From the NCBI GenBank assembly GCA_963666485.2, contig CAXXUO010000009.1:96001-160000 (forward strand): 64,000 nucleotides of DNA, written 5' to 3'. Of the stretch, positions 61,199 to 64,000 are shown piece by piece. Under the pieces are notes generated by a model, which worked only from the letters and a program-made list of their open reading frames with translations, searched no databases and was not told the DNA's origin. The DNA is from Syntrophorhabdaceae bacterium. Lineage in GTDB: Bacteria > Desulfobacterota > Syntrophorhabdia > Syntrophorhabdales > Syntrophorhabdaceae. The translations under genes and the position numbers were made by a program. Numbering within the stretch: position 1 is the first letter of the stretch; every line of letters begins with the position of its first letter.

Positions 61199-61588
61199 TC
61201 ACCTGCACGCAACAGCATCTATCTCCACGAGGACCCCGCGAGGAAGGGCGCTCACCTCTACCGTCGAGCGTGCGGGATAATCCCCCTGAAAAAATGATTC
61301 ATATACGCCGTTGACTGCACCGAAACTTGAAAGGTCCTTGAGATATATGGTGGTCTTTACCACGTCTTCCAATGAAAGGCCGGCCGCCTCGACGACGGCT
61401 TTAACATTTTCCATCACCTGCCGCGCCTGCACCTCGGCCGGGCCTTCCACAACCTGTCCCGTCGCGGGATCGATCGGGATCTGGCCGGAACAGAACAGCA
61501 TGCTGTCAGCAGATATCTTTACGGCCTGAGAATAAGGGCCGATCGCCCGGGGAGCATCTTCTGTCTGAATGATATCTTTCACGTGCAC
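61199..61588 (-). CDS. ridA: RidA-family enamine/imine deaminase
   Basis: APRAIGPYSQA, SGQIP, PARS, LVEID. Confidence 0.92.
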   Translation of the reverse strand: MHVKDIIQTEDAPRAIGPYSQAVKISADSMLFCSGQIPIDPATGQVVEGPAEVQARQVMENVKAVVEAAGLSLEDVVKTTIYLKDLSSFGAVNGVYESFFQGDYPARSTVEVSALPRGVLVEIDAVACR

Positions 61589-61667
61589 TACTCCTTAATT
61601 ATCCTGTTGTCGCGAGAATATCACAGCTGGAGGGGGAGAGACGTCCCTGGTGCGAAAGAAATTCCTC

Positions 61668-62768
61668 TTACCGGGACGATCCGGTAATGATCCCTCCGCC
61701 GAGGACCAATTCGCCGCGGTACAGAACCACGGACTGGCCCGGTGTTATTGATTCCTGGGGTTCTTTAAAGCATAGCGCCAACGATCCATCGTCCCGGAGG
61801 TCTGCCACGCATTGCGCCGGAGGCGCGGTTGACCGGATCTTCGCATGAATTACACCATCCGGCCATTCGGGGAAAGGTACTAACCAATTGACATTTTCTG
61901 CAACAAGCCCGCGGCTCATCAATTCCTCTTTCGGCCCCGCAACGATCTCATTCCCGGCGGCATCGATACGGATCACGTAATAGGGCTCTTTGAGCCCGGC
62001 AAGGCCGAGTGCCCGGCGCTGGCCTATCGTGTAGAATGCAACGCCGCGATGCTTCCCGATGATCTTGCCCGCCGTGTCGACTATGTTGCCTGCCCGGGGC
62101 GTTTCTTTCAGCAAAGGGGTGTAGTCTGTGAATTCAAGGAAATCCTGACTTTCTCTTTTTTCGAGATACTCCCCGAAACCCGCTTCGAGCGCGAGCGCCT
62201 TCACATCCTGTTTGCTAAATTCACCAAGAGGAAATAGAACCTGTGAAAGCTGGTCCTGCGACAGACGATAAAGAAAATACGACTGGTCCTTGGACTTGTC
62301 GGTCCCGCGCAAAAGGGTATACCGGCCCAATGCGGCATCGCGTCTGACGCGGGCATAATGGCCCGTCGCAAACAGGTCGAAAGGAATACCGCTTGTCCGC
62401 GCTTTTTCGATGAGAGAACCAAATTTTACCCGTGAATTACAAACAACACAGGGATTGGGCGTTCTCCCGTCTGTGTACTCGGCGCTGAAATAATCGAGGA
62501 CGACACTGTCATACTCTGCACAGAGATCTACGACAAAATGTTCGATGCCGAGCCCGGCCGCCGCTTTTTTCGCATCTTCAATATCAGATGCTTCGCCGGG
62601 ACCGTAACATCCGCTGCGTACCGGATCGCAGGCCATGGAGCCGTCCCATATCTTCATCGTCAGGCCAATGATGTCATACCCTTTTTCCTTGAGGAGGTAT
62701 GCCGTTACCGTCGAATCGATGCCGCCGCTCATGCCCACGGCGACCCTTTTACCCGAGGTCATCATCAT
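61668..62768 (-). CDS. mnmA: tRNA 2-thiouridylase
   Basis: MSGGIDS, PNPCVVCN, ATGHYA, KDQSYFL, TPGQ. Confidence 0.95.
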   Translation of the reverse strand: MMMTSGKRVAVGMSGGIDSTVTAYLLKEKGYDIIGLTMKIWDGSMACDPVRSGCYGPGEASDIEDAKKAAAGLGIEHFVVDLCAEYDSVVLDYFSAEYTDGRTPNPCVVCNSRVKFGSLIEKARTSGIPFDLFATGHYARVRRDAALGRYTLLRGTDKSKDQSYFLYRLSQDQLSQVLFPLGEFSKQDVKALALEAGFGEYLEKRESQDFLEFTDYTPLLKETPRAGNIVDTAGKIIGKHRGVAFYTIGQRRALGLAGLKEPYYVIRIDAAGNEIVAGPKEELMSRGLVAENVNWLVPFPEWPDGVIHAKIRSTAPPAQCVADLRDDGSLALCFKEPQESITPGQSVVLYRGELVLGGGIITGSSR

Positions 62769-63585
62769 TCCCGTTCAGCGGAGCGTTCATGCTGCCTGTC
62801 CGGTATCCCTTGAGGTCGAGAGACACATACGTAAAGCCGAAACCAGCGAGTTTATCGGCTATGTCATTTCTGTATTCGAGGACGGTCGGCAGGTCGTTCG
62901 GCTCAACCTCGATGCGGGCCGTGTTTCCCTCGTGCCGGACACGTACCTGTGATATCCCCAGGCTCCTGATGAATGCCTCGGAAAGCTCTACCCTCTTCAA
63001 CCGGTCAGCTGTGATTGCGGTACCGTACGGAATCCGCGACGCGAGGCACGCCTGGGCGGGCTTGTTGTGGGTGGGAAGTCCGAGTTCCTCCGACAGCCGC
63101 CTGACATCATTTTTCGACAACCCGGCTTCGAGGAGCGGGCTTTGAACGCCGGCTTCGAGACACGCCTTCCTTCCGGGCCGGAAGTCCTCGAGATCATCGA
63201 CATTGGAGCCTTCAAGGATATGGGTAAAGCCCTCTTTCGTGATGACGTCCCGTATGGTCTTGAACAGTTCCGTCTTGCAGTGATAGCAGCGGTCGGGGTT
63301 ATTCGCGATATAAGCGGGGTTGTCCATTTCGACACCGTTGACCACGAGAAGGCGTGCCCCGAACGACCGGGCCAACGCCAGTGCCTCGTTCTTTTCCGCC
63401 TCAGGGTATGAAGGCGAAACCGCGGCAACGGCAACGACGTTCTCGCCTCCCAGGCAATCAAGGCTCGCCTTCAGCAGGAAGGTGCTGTCGACCCCGCCGG
63501 AAAACGCAACGGCCGCTTTTCCCAGGGACCTTATGATCCCCTGTAATTTCTCATATCGTGTATGTAATCCCTTTTCATCAGGCAT
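62749..63585 (-). CDS. larE: LarE-family ATP-dependent sulfur transferase
   Basis: AFSGGVDS, RCYHCK, RPG, ACLASRIPYG, GYRTGS. Confidence 0.88.
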   Translation of the reverse strand: MPDEKGLHTRYEKLQGIIRSLGKAAVAFSGGVDSTFLLKASLDCLGGENVVAVAAVSPSYPEAEKNEALALARSFGARLLVVNGVEMDNPAYIANNPDRCYHCKTELFKTIRDVITKEGFTHILEGSNVDDLEDFRPGRKACLEAGVQSPLLEAGLSKNDVRRLSEELGLPTHNKPAQACLASRIPYGTAITADRLKRVELSEAFIRSLGISQVRVRHEGNTARIEVEPNDLPTVLEYRNDIADKLAGFGFTYVSLDLKGYRTGSMNAPLNGNDDDLG

Positions 63586-63709
63586 GACAAATATTTATCT
63601 CCTCGCGAGGCACATCACAACGAGGAAGATATCACAAACAGCGTCCCCATACAAATCGGGACGCCGTTCTCTATCTCCTTACTCCTTACTCCTCACTATC
63701 CCCATTCGC

Positions 63710-64000
63710 TCATATAGGAATATCGGACGCCCCCGCGGATTCGAGCCCGCCAAGGATCCCTTCGAAAAGGGCGGTGGACAGGTAGCGCTCACCGGCATCC
63801 GGCAGGACGACGACGATCCTTTTCCCGGCATTTTCGCGTTCATTGGCGAGCTTCACTGCCACGTGCGCGGCGGCCCCGCATGATATGCCGCTCAATATGC
63901 CTTCCTCCCGGGAAAGGCGGCGGGCCATCTCTATGGCTTCTTCGTTGCTCACCGTCTCGATGCGGTCGACAAGGGAGAGGTCGAGGACCTTCGGCACAAA
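63710..64000 (-). CDS. cysK: Cysteine synthase, C-terminal part (runs off window)
   Basis: [27 protein letters not shown]. Confidence 0.9.
   Translation of the reverse strand, partial: FVPKVLDLSLVDRIETVSNEEAIEMARRLSREEGILSGISCGAAAHVAVKLANERENAGKRIVVVLPDAGERYLSTALFEGILGGLESAGASDIPI

Noticed and set aside
63675..63697. (CTCCTTA)3 as a third inverted-heptamer element
   Set aside because: No inverted partner arm visible; left as a simple tandem repeat

Overview
The window has two parts. (1) Positions 1 to ~26,070 are the right-hand 26 kb of a visibly AT-richer integrative element inserted at the 3' end of tRNA-Arg(UCU) (26074-26147, minus). It carries a tyrosine integrase with an overlapping Xis-like gene; a DUF3102-like gene coupled to a TGT/DpdA-like (base-exchange) gene; a Prim-Pol/DnaB primase-helicase plus a Rep-like protein followed by 22-bp-period iterons; envelope-protein cargo; candidate defence nucleases; a recombination operon (Rad52-like SSAP, PD-(D/E)xK nuclease, UvrD, degenerate BglII-like protein, SSB, DUF932); and a radical SAM gene followed by a GHKL ATPase that runs off the left edge. 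No capsid, terminase, relaxase or T4SS genes are visible, and the other att site is not in the window. (2) Positions ~26,150-64,000 are GC-rich chromosome of an anaerobic deltaproteobacterium (Syntrophorhabdus-like by gene style; inference). It holds housekeeping genes and a large sulfur-trafficking cluster: rrf2-metY-metX-metW, a probable selenocysteine rhodanese-MoeB, an unknown GG-terminated protein and thiESGH; divergently hydE-like-nifU-nifS-cysE-hgcA-hgcB (mercury methylation); then cusCBA and cysK-larE-mnmA-ridA. Two families of non-coding palindromic intergenic elements also occur. All calls come from motif recognition by eye; no searches were run.
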